From Candidatus Sungiibacteriota bacterium (GTDB taxonomy: Bacteria; Patescibacteriota; Minisyncoccia; Sungbacterales; SURF-37), in assembly GCA_016203665.1 (NCBI GenBank), contig JACQMJ010000008.1, positions 19,150 to 83,149 on the forward strand: a stretch of 64,000 nt of DNA, read 5' to 3'. The stretch's first letter is position 1, and each line of letters begins with the position of its first letter. This document shows positions 27,250 to 36,218 of this stretch, piece after piece. The notes under the pieces were generated by a model that ran no database searches, was not told the DNA's origin, and was given only the letters and a program-made list of their open reading frames with translations. Both the position numbers and the translations under genes were made by a program.

Positions 27250-28815
27250 TCATTGACTACCGATACTGCCGATATACTGCTCCTCGGTGTATACCCCGAA
27301 CGCGTAGAGGAACCGGATTTGGAAATAGTGGAAGTTGCCGAGGAACGTTACGACGAAGAGCAGGCCGAGCGCACCGACCGCGAGCCGGCTCGCCAAAGCA
27401 CCCGTTCCTGCCAACCGCGTGCGGATTGAGGCAAGAATGCTATCGGCAAGAAGTACGAGAAACGGGACGAGAAAGAGCACGGCGGGCAAGAGGAACCGGA
27501 TCTGGTGCGAGGTCAGGAACGAAAAAAGGAGCCAGAGGCCCATGGCGAGAAGTAGAAGCGCTTCGGCGGCTGACAGCCGGTGGCGGACGAAGATGGTCAG
27601 TGGCAGGAGGATATAGAGCACCCCGAAGTAGGCAAGCGGCACCAGGCGGCTGGAGGTCTCATTGGGATCGGAGAACCACCGGCCGAACCGGGCGAACGGG
27701 AAGAGAAAAAAATTCTGCGGCGTTCGCTCGACGATAAGGTTCTCAACCGCGCCCGTGAACTCCGCGCTCGAGAACATCGGATAAACCGGACTGCCGAACC
27801 ATGCCGCATTCCGAACGTACCAGTAGCCGGCAATGGCTGCGATAACCAGAAGGCAGACGCTGCCCCACCGAACCAGCCAGCCGAGGCCTTCCCTGGCGCG
27901 CCAGGCCAGAATCGCGAGGAGCAGGCCGTTCGTCGCCAGGGAGAAAAATGCCAGGTACTTCATCGAGAGCGCTATGCCGAGCATGGCCGCGGAAAGCACG
28001 ATCCCGCTCTGCTGGATCGTCCGGCTCGCCGCGGCCTCGATTAAAAGGAGCGTTGACGCAATACTGAAGAGGAAGACGAAAACGTCAATGTAGCCGGCAT
28101 GCATGATCTCACGCTGGAAATCGAAGAGCGAGAGGATCAAAAGCGGCGCGGCGATGGCCAGGCGCCGGTCGGCCACCCGATCGCGGAGAAAATCGTAGAT
28201 AAGCGCCAGGAGCAGCGGAAGAACGCTATACATGAGGAACTGAAAAACGTAGGGCGCACCCGTTTCCCCGAAGAGAACAATCGGCACGGCATAGAATATT
28301 TCGGCGAGAATCGGCAGGTAATTATAGCTTGGGATGGCCGGCGTGAAATCCGCGCGCTCCTTGGTGATAATGTCGTTGATGATGGGCAGGTGATAGTCGA
28401 GGGCATCCCAGCCGGTGATGGGCACAAAAACTATGAAAATATTTGCAAAAAGCCAGAGCGCAATCAGAGCCTTGAAAAACGGGTAGTCGCGAAAAAGACC
28501 GCTTAAATTTTTATGAACAAAACCTAGGCGGGCGAGACCGCAAAGATGGGAGAAGATGGTCCTGGCCGAGAAGATGAGAACTGCGAAGAACGCGATGCGG
28601 AGGGCGGCGGCGTTGAACAGGCCGACCAGGGCGAGTACAAGCCCAATCAACGCGAAGATGCCGTAGCCGATGAGTAGGCGGTAAACAACGCGTTTGATCC
28701 GCGAGGAGAGGTCAAAACCGGCCAGGCGCAGGACCGCATCGCCAAGAGCGTAGGAGGCATATATGAAAAGCACCGATTCGATCAATACCAGCGGGTTGAA
28801 ATTCTGCAGGAACAT
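27250..28815 (-). CDS. polytopic integral membrane protein (probable GT-C-type glycosyltransferase or glycan polymerase)
   Basis: More than 12 hydrophobic helices across 521 aa. It sits between two GT2 polyprenol-P sugar transferases. No soluble catalytic motif is recognisable. Confidence 0.4.
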   Translation of the reverse strand: MFLQNFNPLVLIESVLFIYASYALGDAVLRLAGFDLSSRIKRVVYRLLIGYGIFALIGLVLALVGLFNAAALRIAFFAVLIFSARTIFSHLCGLARLGFVHKNLSGLFRDYPFFKALIALWLFANIFIVFVPITGWDALDYHLPIINDIITKERADFTPAIPSYNYLPILAEIFYAVPIVLFGETGAPYVFQFLMYSVLPLLLALIYDFLRDRVADRRLAIAAPLLILSLFDFQREIMHAGYIDVFVFLFSIASTLLLIEAAASRTIQQSGIVLSAAMLGIALSMKYLAFFSLATNGLLLAILAWRAREGLGWLVRWGSVCLLVIAAIAGYWYVRNAAWFGSPVYPMFSSAEFTGAVENLIVERTPQNFFLFPFARFGRWFSDPNETSSRLVPLAYFGVLYILLPLTIFVRHRLSAAEALLLLAMGLWLLFSFLTSHQIRFLLPAVLFLVPFLVLLADSILASIRTRLAGTGALASRLAVGALGLLFVVTFLGNFHYFQIRFLYAFGVYTEEQYIGSIGSQ

Positions 28816-28824
28816 ATGGAGCGG

Positions 28825-29877
28825 CTAGGCGGCGCGGACAAAGCTCGCTGCGGCCGCGGCGAGGCCGAAGAGCGGCAGGATAATGCCAAATGAACGCCAG
28901 CGAAGGGGTGCGGCCATCCGGCCGCGGATGCCGAATAGAGACGCGGCGATAGCGAGTGCGCCGAGAAAAGGCACCAGCGCCCCAAAACGGCGGAGTAATT
29001 CCACGCCGCCGAATAAGAGCGTGAAGTAGTAAGCGCTGATAGGACCCTTCAGGAGCCCCTCCAGGTCTAGGAGGAGCGGCGGACCTTTGGGAATAGCCAC
29101 GAGGCCAAGCCAGAGCCAGGCTAGAAGCGCATCAAGAACGGCCGCAGTAAAAAGCGCACCTCCCAGCGGCGCCGGATCGGTCGCTACGATCCTCGCCATA
29201 GCGGCAAGGCATCGGAACCCGTCGCGCCAGTCAAGCTTTTTACCCTCCGTCCGAGCACGAGCGCGATAGTGGATCGGCACTTCTAGGATCCGCCCGTCTT
29301 TGGCAAGCGCATAGGTCAGTTCCACGGCGTCAAACACGAAGCCGTTCCCCGGCCGGCCGATGAGCTCCGGCAGGAGCCGGCGGGGAAAGAGCTTGTAGCC
29401 AGTGTGGATGTCAGTGAACGAAGTGCCGAACACGACATTGAAAGCGAGAGTGGTGAGGCGTCCGCCGTAGAAGTACACCGCACTGAACGGTACGTTATTG
29501 GACCTCAAATTGCGCGACCCAAAAACGGTTTCGGCATCACCCGCAAGCACGGGCTTAAGGAGCACGCCGTAATCCGCTGGGTCATATTCCAAGTCAGCAT
29601 CCTGGATAAGCACATAATCCCCCGTGGCGGCCGCAAACCCGGTCTTCAGCGCCGCTCCCTTTCCGCGGTTGGTCCCGTGGTAGGCGGCACGACAGCGGCC
29701 CTCGCGCTCGAACGCGGCAATAATCTCACGGCTGCCATCCGTGGAACCGTCATCCACCAGAATAATTTCTTTCCGGACATCACCGAGGTCGCTCTGGGCA
29801 ATGCGCGCCAGAACCCGGCCGATCGTATGCGCCTCGTTGTAGACGGGAATAACGATGGAAAGGGTTGCCATACTCAT
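28825..29877 (-). CDS. GT2 polyprenol-phosphate glycosyltransferase (GtrB/ArnC-like) fused to C-terminal 4-TM domain
   Basis: GT2 signatures: [25 protein letters not shown] and the DxD motif IQDADLEYD. The C-terminal ~110 aa are hydrophobic helices. Confidence 0.75.
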   Translation of the reverse strand: MSMATLSIVIPVYNEAHTIGRVLARIAQSDLGDVRKEIILVDDGSTDGSREIIAAFEREGRCRAAYHGTNRGKGAALKTGFAAATGDYVLIQDADLEYDPADYGVLLKPVLAGDAETVFGSRNLRSNNVPFSAVYFYGGRLTTLAFNVVFGTSFTDIHTGYKLFPRRLLPELIGRPGNGFVFDAVELTYALAKDGRILEVPIHYRARARTEGKKLDWRDGFRCLAAMARIVATDPAPLGGALFTAAVLDALLAWLWLGLVAIPKGPPLLLDLEGLLKGPISAYYFTLLFGGVELLRRFGALVPFLGALAIAASLFGIRGRMAAPLRWRSFGIILPLFGLAAAAASFVRAA

Positions 29878-29910
29878 TATGGGACAAACGCGGCCGGCGG
29901 ACCGGCTCTA

Positions 29911-30585
29911 CTAAATAAGCTCAAATGTTGAAAGGGAAGTCAGCCAGTGATGCGTGAAGGCGTAGTGCCGTTTCAAGTATTTCCTTAAAAACAAGACGTT
30001 GGCATCGCGGCCGTCAACGATCATCAGGAAACCGGGCCGAAAGCCCTCCTCAATATCCAATGGGTCGGCGGCCACCTGGCGCTCGCGGGTCAGCGACGGG
30101 CCGTCTAGAAACAAGAGGTCGGGCGCCGCCGCGGGGAGATCGGCGTGCCGAAATACCGGCACGCCGTGAGACTCTTCTTCGCGGAGGCGGCTATGCCGAA
30201 TGCTGCAAAACTTGGCGAGGTGCGGCGGCATGATTTTGGCAGCCGTCACCGCCCAGTAGGGATCCGCGTCAACCGATGTAATACTGCCGCTAGTCCCTGA
30301 TTCCGCGGCGTTATCGGCCAGGGCCTGGGCCATGATAATCGTGGAGCACCCGCTGCCGAATTCCAAAATGCCGGCGGGCTTCCGCTCCCGGACCACCCGA
30401 TAGAGGAACCAAAGATCCCCGAAATTCGGTCTAAAGGCCTGCGGCGGCCGAGCGCGGAGAAAATCCAAATACCCCCTGCGGCGGAGCTGGTAGCGCGCCC
30501 AGCGCTGGAACATCCGCATCATCGTTCTCCGTACCGACCATGCGGCCGCCCGCCTGGTTTTCAGAAATATATTACGATCACCCAT
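29911..30585 (-). CDS. class I SAM-dependent methyltransferase (CmcI/Methyltransf_24-like)
   Basis: Motif I is ILEFGSGCSTI. Its start overlaps the upstream GT4 by 8 nt. Confidence 0.55.
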   Translation of the reverse strand: MGDRNIFLKTRRAAAWSVRRTMMRMFQRWARYQLRRRGYLDFLRARPPQAFRPNFGDLWFLYRVVRERKPAGILEFGSGCSTIIMAQALADNAAESGTSGSITSVDADPYWAVTAAKIMPPHLAKFCSIRHSRLREEESHGVPVFRHADLPAAAPDLLFLDGPSLTRERQVAADPLDIEEGFRPGFLMIVDGRDANVLFLRKYLKRHYAFTHHWLTSLSTFELI

Positions 30586-31753
30586 GAGAATTTGGTCGAG
30601 CGATCCCAGGGCCCGGATGAGCCGCGGTTGACTTAGGCAGCACCGGCGGAAACAATTTTAAGAATTCCGGCAGCACCGCGGACAGATCATACCGGGCGAT
30701 CCAAGTCTGCTCGGCCCTGGCCATTGCCGCGCGTTCGTGCGGCGGCTGGGCGAGGAGGCGGAGAATTTTTGCGGACAGCTCCGAAATATTTCCGACCGGA
30801 ACAATATATTCAGCCAGTGCGGGCGGCGTGATCTCTCTGACGCCGCCAACATCGCTTGCCACGTAGGGCAGACCGGCGGCCATAGCCTCCAGCAAGACGT
30901 GCGGAAACCCCTCCTCCTCCGATGGCATCAGGAAAACGTCAGCCGCACGGAAATATCTGGAAATCTCGCGCTGCGGCACTTCGCCGACAATCTTCACCTT
31001 ATCCGCCAACCCCCGGTTCCTGACCTCACGCTCCAGGCTCTCTTGCTCCGGCCCGGCGCCGACAATGGCAAAGATAACATGTTTATTGCCCCGGGTAACC
31101 CTGGCGATTATCTCCGGCAAGAGATGTATGCCTTTGCGGCGCGACAGGCGGTGAACGAAGAGTACCACCCCGGCATCCGCCCGGACCCCGAGCCCAGCTC
31201 GCAGACCAGGCCGATCGGAAACGTTCCGGAATCTCGCAAGACTGATCCAGTTCGGAAGGATGCGCACACACTCCGGCTTGAGCCCGTAGCGCTCCCGGTA
31301 CTGCCGGCCCAGTCGCGGCGTACCGGTTACCAGAACGGTATGACGCATAACGAGACGGAACGCGGCCTCGTAGAGCCGCCCCCGCCGGTAGAGCCACGGC
31401 AGGCCGCAGTTCCAATAGTAGGCCGTACCGCCGAAGAGGCGGGTGACGACGCTTGAGGCCAGGCCGCCGAAAAGGGAGTAGTGCGTATAGAAGTACGTGC
31501 GGCCGCGGAGCCGCTCGCGGACCATAACCGCCATAATCTCCATGAATCGGAGCGGCGTCCATGAGAATCGTTGGCAATAGACGCGGCCGGGGAGATTTTG
31601 CGGCGGCCGGAGTACTGACTCAATAATGATGAATATATCAAGGTGCCGGCCAGCCGCGGCGAGGAGTTCGCCAAGGTAAAAAAAATGACTGCCGCTATCA
31701 GGATCGTAGCGCGGCAACACGTAGACGATGGACACGCGCTCTCCGCCGGTCAT
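30578..31753 (-). CDS. GT4 (GT-B) glycosyltransferase
   Basis: GT4 signature: EGFPHVLLEAMAAGLPYVASDVGG. The start was taken at the internal ATG 31753, which overlaps the upstream stop (ATGA). Confidence 0.7.
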   Translation of the reverse strand: MTGGERVSIVYVLPRYDPDSGSHFFYLGELLAAAGRHLDIFIIIESVLRPPQNLPGRVYCQRFSWTPLRFMEIMAVMVRERLRGRTYFYTHYSLFGGLASSVVTRLFGGTAYYWNCGLPWLYRRGRLYEAAFRLVMRHTVLVTGTPRLGRQYRERYGLKPECVRILPNWISLARFRNVSDRPGLRAGLGVRADAGVVLFVHRLSRRKGIHLLPEIIARVTRGNKHVIFAIVGAGPEQESLEREVRNRGLADKVKIVGEVPQREISRYFRAADVFLMPSEEEGFPHVLLEAMAAGLPYVASDVGGVREITPPALAEYIVPVGNISELSAKILRLLAQPPHERAAMARAEQTWIARYDLSAVLPEFLKLFPPVLPKSTAAHPGPGIARPNSHG

Positions 31754-32553
31754 AGGCGGGAGCGGATAACGAAGTAGCGAAAACTCCGCCATTTCTTTCC
31801 GCTGGCATCACCTTCCTCGGCGTCAATAACGTTCCCGCCGTGGCCAGCGATGTAGTCAATGAGCTCGCCCCTGGCGATACCGTGCATTTCCAGCACCGGC
31901 CGATAGTGATAGCGCCACCGGTAGTAGCCGCGCTTTAGCGGCGCCGGGAGCACGGCCTTCAACCGCTGCCGCCAGGGATGTGCCCGCTCCTGCAAGAGCG
32001 GGGTTGGTTCGCTCGCCATCTGGAAGACAAGGAGGCCGTCCGGCTTCAGAACTCGCAAAAACTCTTTGATGTAGCTCTTGGCGTAGCGCGGTTCGAGGTG
32101 CTGCAGGGTGATGCTGGAATAGATAAAATCAAACATCCCATCGGCGAAGATGCTCAAATCGTCATCGCGGTTCAGTAAAAACCGACAGCGGGAGCCGTGC
32201 CGATTGTACCGCGCGGCGAGCTCCAGCATGGAGGGAGCGATATCCACGCCGTACACTTCACCAAAGTAATCGGCCAGACGCTGGGTGAGCCGTCCGACGC
32301 CGCAGCCAAAGTCAAGGGCCCGGTTGAAATGGATTTGGACGCCTCGGGACCGGGCAGCGGCGAGCACGCCGTCAATTTCCCGTACGCCGGTCTCAAAGAA
32401 TTCCTCTTCGCGCCACTTCCGCCCCTTTCTATTTTTGTCGGTGAGGATGAAGTAGAAGGGATCGATCTGGCCGAAGCGGTGCCAATTTTTTTGAACATCT
32501 TTTAGCTCCATAGCCCGTAAACCCATTACTAAGGCGTAAACGATGGCTCCCAT
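31750..32553 (-). CDS. class I SAM-dependent methyltransferase
   Basis: Motif I is LDFGCGVGRLTQRL, and the post-II motif is LKPDGLLVF. Confidence 0.7.
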   Translation of the reverse strand: MGAIVYALVMGLRAMELKDVQKNWHRFGQIDPFYFILTDKNRKGRKWREEEFFETGVREIDGVLAAARSRGVQIHFNRALDFGCGVGRLTQRLADYFGEVYGVDIAPSMLELAARYNRHGSRCRFLLNRDDDLSIFADGMFDFIYSSITLQHLEPRYAKSYIKEFLRVLKPDGLLVFQMASEPTPLLQERAHPWRQRLKAVLPAPLKRGYYRWRYHYRPVLEMHGIARGELIDYIAGHGGNVIDAEEGDASGKKWRSFRYFVIRSRL

Positions 32554-34310
32554 CGAATTTTCAGATTATCACTCTTCCCCGCCCCTGAAGAGCCGGGACT
32601 AGCGGCGGGAGCGGGGTGCAGGCGCCAGACGGCAAAATCACCTTGATCATAGAGTTTCTCGCCGGGCGGCGGTTTAAGGGAATCAGCCCGAGCGCGATCG
32701 AAAACAACATAATCAACGCGGTACGGCTGGAGCTGGACGTAGAGGTCGCGCGCCCGAACTTCGGCCCAGCGCTGGCGAATGGCGGCGAGAGCCTCGGGCG
32801 GCGCCATCACCGCCGGTTTGGGTTCAAGTCCCAATAACCGGCGCACCTTGTTCTCCTGGCGGGTATGGAGGGCTATGTTAAGGTACTGCGTTCCGAATAC
32901 TTCCTTCACCGACCCCTCGGCGTCCACGGGTTTTCCGTACGCGCTCAATGCGGCGCGATCGAGCACCTCCCGATCACTCATCAGCGTAACGCGGCTCCAG
33001 CTGGAGAAAAAAACGTTATTCGCGGTGTAGATCGGGGCGAGATTTGAAATTTCATCGGGCGCATAGATGACGCTGTCTTGTGCCGTGTTGGCGTTCAGCC
33101 ATTTAAACAAGGGCAGGTAGCGCCGAAGTTCTGCTCGGGCGCTCATGTACTGGGGCGGAACGGCACTGGCGATGGCATAACCAACCAGCGCAATGGCAAG
33201 GGCCCCGGCCGCAGCGGATAGGGACCGGGACCATCCGGTTCTCTCTTTGGCGAGCCCACCCGCGAGATAGGCGCCAAACAGCGAAAACCAAAACAGGGCC
33301 AGCATATAAAAGTGGCTGGAAAATTCGAAATTCCTGCCGGTCAGGAGGTGCTGATTCACGCTCACAACCGCCGCGAGCGCTCCGGCAACCAAGAACGCCA
33401 TACGCTGCTCCCAGCGGAGCACACCCCGCCAGAGTAAAACGGCAGCCAGACCGAGAAGCAGGGCCGCCGGCACGATGATGGCCGCACCCGAGGGGAAATG
33501 CGTCTCGATCATGCCAATGCGGCGCAGGGTCTCAGTGTACTCCGGCCGCATGGCCGCTCGGGCAAGCATCCAGAAGTATGGCAGGGCGACGATCACCCCT
33601 CCGCCGGCCACCCAGCCGATGGCACGAGCCCGAACCCCATCCCCCATCGCCAGCGCCCCTACGGCGGCAATGGCGAAAAACGCGGCATAGAACATCCAGT
33701 AGTAGGGGTAGATATAGAAGAGGAGCCCGAAATTCACCGCGGCGGCCAGGATGAGGGCGCGCCGCCGCGGCGGCGCGGGATCACGGGTGAGGAGCGCATG
33801 AAGGATAAGGAATTCCGAGAGCCAGAAGAGAAAATTCGTCTGCGGGCTTACCGTTCGGGCAAAATCGGTCGGGAAGGCGAAAAGAAAGAGAACCGCGGTG
33901 CCGAGGATCGCAAACAAACGGCGGCTCGTGAGAACGAGGAAACAGGCGTATGTCAGCAGAACGGCGGCTGCCGGCAGGATGGCGTCAAGGACGACGTTCC
34001 CGGCAACTACATCAAGACCCATAAGGCGGATGGCCTCGGCTGTCAGGTATTCGCCCAAAAACACCGGCTGGCCCGGGGGATCGGCCTTACCCTCCCAGGT
34101 GTAGGGGTTGCCGGAGAGAGGGTAACCGTCAAATACATCACGAATCCGCGCAAAGTAGAAAAATTCATCCGCAATGCGGATGTTCACCGGATCGTTGAGG
34201 GACACGCCGGAACGAATCTTGCCCCAGAGCGGCGGAAGGGCTATGAGGATAGCGATGAATAGGGCGAGCGCACCGGCGACCCAATGGCGGCGGAGGAGAA
34301 GAGCGTTCAT
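32529..34310 (-). CDS. large polytopic membrane protein with C-terminal extracytoplasmic domain (hypothetical, glycan-locus associated)
   Basis: The start was taken at the internal ATG 34310 (MNALLLRRHWVAGALALFIAIL), which overlaps the stop of the nucleotidyltransferase gene. The Arg/Pro-rich 98-aa extension in the track ORF is unlikely to be real. There are about 12 TM helices followed by a ~230-aa soluble tail. Confidence 0.45.
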   Translation of the reverse strand: MNALLLRRHWVAGALALFIAILIALPPLWGKIRSGVSLNDPVNIRIADEFFYFARIRDVFDGYPLSGNPYTWEGKADPPGQPVFLGEYLTAEAIRLMGLDVVAGNVVLDAILPAAAVLLTYACFLVLTSRRLFAILGTAVLFLFAFPTDFARTVSPQTNFLFWLSEFLILHALLTRDPAPPRRRALILAAAVNFGLLFYIYPYYWMFYAAFFAIAAVGALAMGDGVRARAIGWVAGGGVIVALPYFWMLARAAMRPEYTETLRRIGMIETHFPSGAAIIVPAALLLGLAAVLLWRGVLRWEQRMAFLVAGALAAVVSVNQHLLTGRNFEFSSHFYMLALFWFSLFGAYLAGGLAKERTGWSRSLSAAAGALAIALVGYAIASAVPPQYMSARAELRRYLPLFKWLNANTAQDSVIYAPDEISNLAPIYTANNVFFSSWSRVTLMSDREVLDRAALSAYGKPVDAEGSVKEVFGTQYLNIALHTRQENKVRRLLGLEPKPAVMAPPEALAAIRQRWAEVRARDLYVQLQPYRVDYVVFDRARADSLKPPPGEKLYDQGDFAVWRLHPAPAASPGSSGAGKSDNLKIRWEPSFTP

Positions 34311-34987
34311 ACCAGCATGGACTCGTCGCCCTGCACCTCGGCCAGGCGCTCCTCGGTGCCCAGGTCCGTCCAAAAGCCGCGGTGGCGCATGGTCCGCAGG
34401 AGTCCCTGCCCGGCCAACCGTGGAAAAATCGCCTGCTCGAGCATGAACGCCGTATCGGGAGCACCCTCGAGGTGCTCCGGGTGGAGAATGTAGCAGCCGG
34501 CGTTTATGAATCCCGGCTGCGGCTCGGACGGCTTTTCGAGGAAAGCTTGGATGCGATCCTTGGCAACGTCGAGAAGACCGAAATCGCGGGCATCCTCGCG
34601 CCAATGCGACACCATGAGCGCCGTGCCGGTCTCGTGGGCGCGAAGGATCGCGGAAAAATCGAAATCGGCGAGGGTATCGCCGTTCAGGACAAGGAATGGT
34701 TCAGTCAGTCCTTCGGCGGCAAAACGCACCGCACCGCCGGTACCGAGAGGCTCCGACTCCACCGCATATTCAATATGGCCCCTACCGCTTGCGGCAAGAT
34801 GCGCGATTATCTGGTCGGCCCGGAAGCCAAGCGAGAGCCGCACATCGGTCAAGCCGTGTTTGGCAAGAGCATCCAGTTGATGGTCAAGAATTGTCTTGCC
34901 ATGCACCCGTACTAGCGCTTTTGGAATATCACGGGCCGAATGCGGCAGCCTCGTGCCGCGCCCGCCGGCGAGGATAATGGTCTTCAT
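34307..34987 (-). CDS. sugar-1-phosphate nucleotidyltransferase, short HddC-like (candidate D-glycero-alpha-D-manno-heptose-1-P guanylyltransferase)
   Basis: NTP_transferase motifs ILAGGRGTRL and EPLGTGGA are present. At 226 aa it matches HddC-sized enzymes rather than 350-480-aa ManC/GalU. It is the only candidate for the fourth step of the GDP-heptose pathway in the window. Confidence 0.6.
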   Translation of the reverse strand: MKTIILAGGRGTRLPHSARDIPKALVRVHGKTILDHQLDALAKHGLTDVRLSLGFRADQIIAHLAASGRGHIEYAVESEPLGTGGAVRFAAEGLTEPFLVLNGDTLADFDFSAILRAHETGTALMVSHWREDARDFGLLDVAKDRIQAFLEKPSEPQPGFINAGCYILHPEHLEGAPDTAFMLEQAIFPRLAGQGLLRTMRHRGFWTDLGTEERLAEVQGDESMLV

Positions 34988-34998
34988 GATGGTTCCTT

Positions 34999-36171
34999 TT
35001 ATACTACCTTCCCCAGGGGCTTAGTGGCACGCGCGAGGAGATCCAAAATCTTTGCCGCGCGAGCCTCCCACGTGTACTGTCGTACTGCCATGCGCGCCGA
35101 ATTCGAGCGCCGTTCCGCCTCTTCCGACCGACCCAGAGCCAGAGCGATTACTGCCGCGAAAGCCTTGGGATCATCCGGCCCAGCGAAAAATACCATGGAC
35201 TCATCCGCGATCTCCCGAATGGACGGAATGTCGGAGGCCACGATGGGCCGGCCCGCGGCCATGTACTCGAAGAGCTTCATGGGCGAGGTATAGCGGAGCG
35301 ACTCCTCATTGCGTGCGGTATTGGGAATAACGAGGACGTCGGCCGCCCTCAGCCATAGCGGAATCTCCTTCCATGGTTTCTGCCCGACAAACACAATTTG
35401 TGATTTGGAATTTGTGATTTGGAATTTGGATATCTCGGCTTTGCCGCCGCCTACTATATAGAGTGAAACGCCATCGGAAAGATATTGCGCCGCAGCAACG
35501 AACGTCTCCACTCCTTTCCAGCGCTGGAGCGAACCCGAATAGAGCACGATCTTTTTATCCTGCGGCAAGCCCAGCCGTGCGCGCGCCTCTTGCCGGCTCA
35601 CCGAAATATCGAAACGCTCGATATCCGTCCCGTTCGGCCAATAAACAATTCGTTCGGCCGCTATGCCGAAATCCCTTTGGAGGGCAGTCATTTTCCATTT
35701 TGTCTGTACCGAAAAACCGATGGCGCGCTTGATAATCCGCCGGAAGAGCCGCGTACGGCCGGGATAATTATGGATGTCATAGAAGATCCGGGGAGCAACA
35801 AAACTTGCGAAGAAGAGCGGCACGTGGTCGTGCGAAAAAATCACGGTATCGCGAAGACCGCCGGAAAAACCGTAGCGGATAAGGAGCCAAAAGGCGGCGA
35901 CTTTTGAAAAAGAAAAAAGCTGCAGGGCAAACCAGAAGCGCTTGCCGAACGGCAGCCACAGGAGATCAACGCTCGGCAGGTAAAAAATACGGAAATTCCG
36001 CTCCACGCCGTAGTATTCATAAAGATCAATTTTAAGCGGATTGGAGCGCCGCGGCGCAAAAATAATGACCTCTGCCCCCTGCTTGGCAAACGCCGCGCAG
36101 AGTTTCACGGTGGCGAGCCCGTGGGCTTTCTCGGTCGGCAGACGGGCATTCGTAACATAGAATATCCTCAT
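34999..36171 (-). CDS. GT4 (GT-B) glycosyltransferase
   Basis: GT4 C-terminal domain: ...PMKLFEYMAAGRPIVASDIPSIREI.... It contains a 15-bp in-frame tandem repeat at 35397-35441. Confidence 0.7.
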   Translation of the reverse strand: MRIFYVTNARLPTEKAHGLATVKLCAAFAKQGAEVIIFAPRRSNPLKIDLYEYYGVERNFRIFYLPSVDLLWLPFGKRFWFALQLFSFSKVAAFWLLIRYGFSGGLRDTVIFSHDHVPLFFASFVAPRIFYDIHNYPGRTRLFRRIIKRAIGFSVQTKWKMTALQRDFGIAAERIVYWPNGTDIERFDISVSRQEARARLGLPQDKKIVLYSGSLQRWKGVETFVAAAQYLSDGVSLYIVGGGKAEISKFQITNSKSQIVFVGQKPWKEIPLWLRAADVLVIPNTARNEESLRYTSPMKLFEYMAAGRPIVASDIPSIREIADESMVFFAGPDDPKAFAAVIALALGRSEEAERRSNSARMAVRQYTWEARAAKILDLLARATKPLGKVV

Positions 36172-36178
36172 GTGAGTT

Positions 36179-36218
36179 CATTAACATTTCTCATACGATC
36201 GTATGAGAAATGTTAATG
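36179..36218. promoter_or_regulatory. perfect 40-bp AT-rich palindrome (cattaacatttctcatacga|tcgtatgagaaatgttaatg) between two GT4 genes
   Basis: The two 20-nt arms are exact reverse complements with no spacer. The element overlaps the stop codon of 36213..37346 and ends 7 nt upstream of the ATG of 34999..36171. Its GC content is about 30%, inside a genome of >60% GC. Confidence 0.6.

Noticed and set aside
33498-34262. 254-aa plus-strand ORF
   Set aside because: It is antisense to the large membrane-protein gene. Its translation is Arg/Gly/Glu-rich without motifs.
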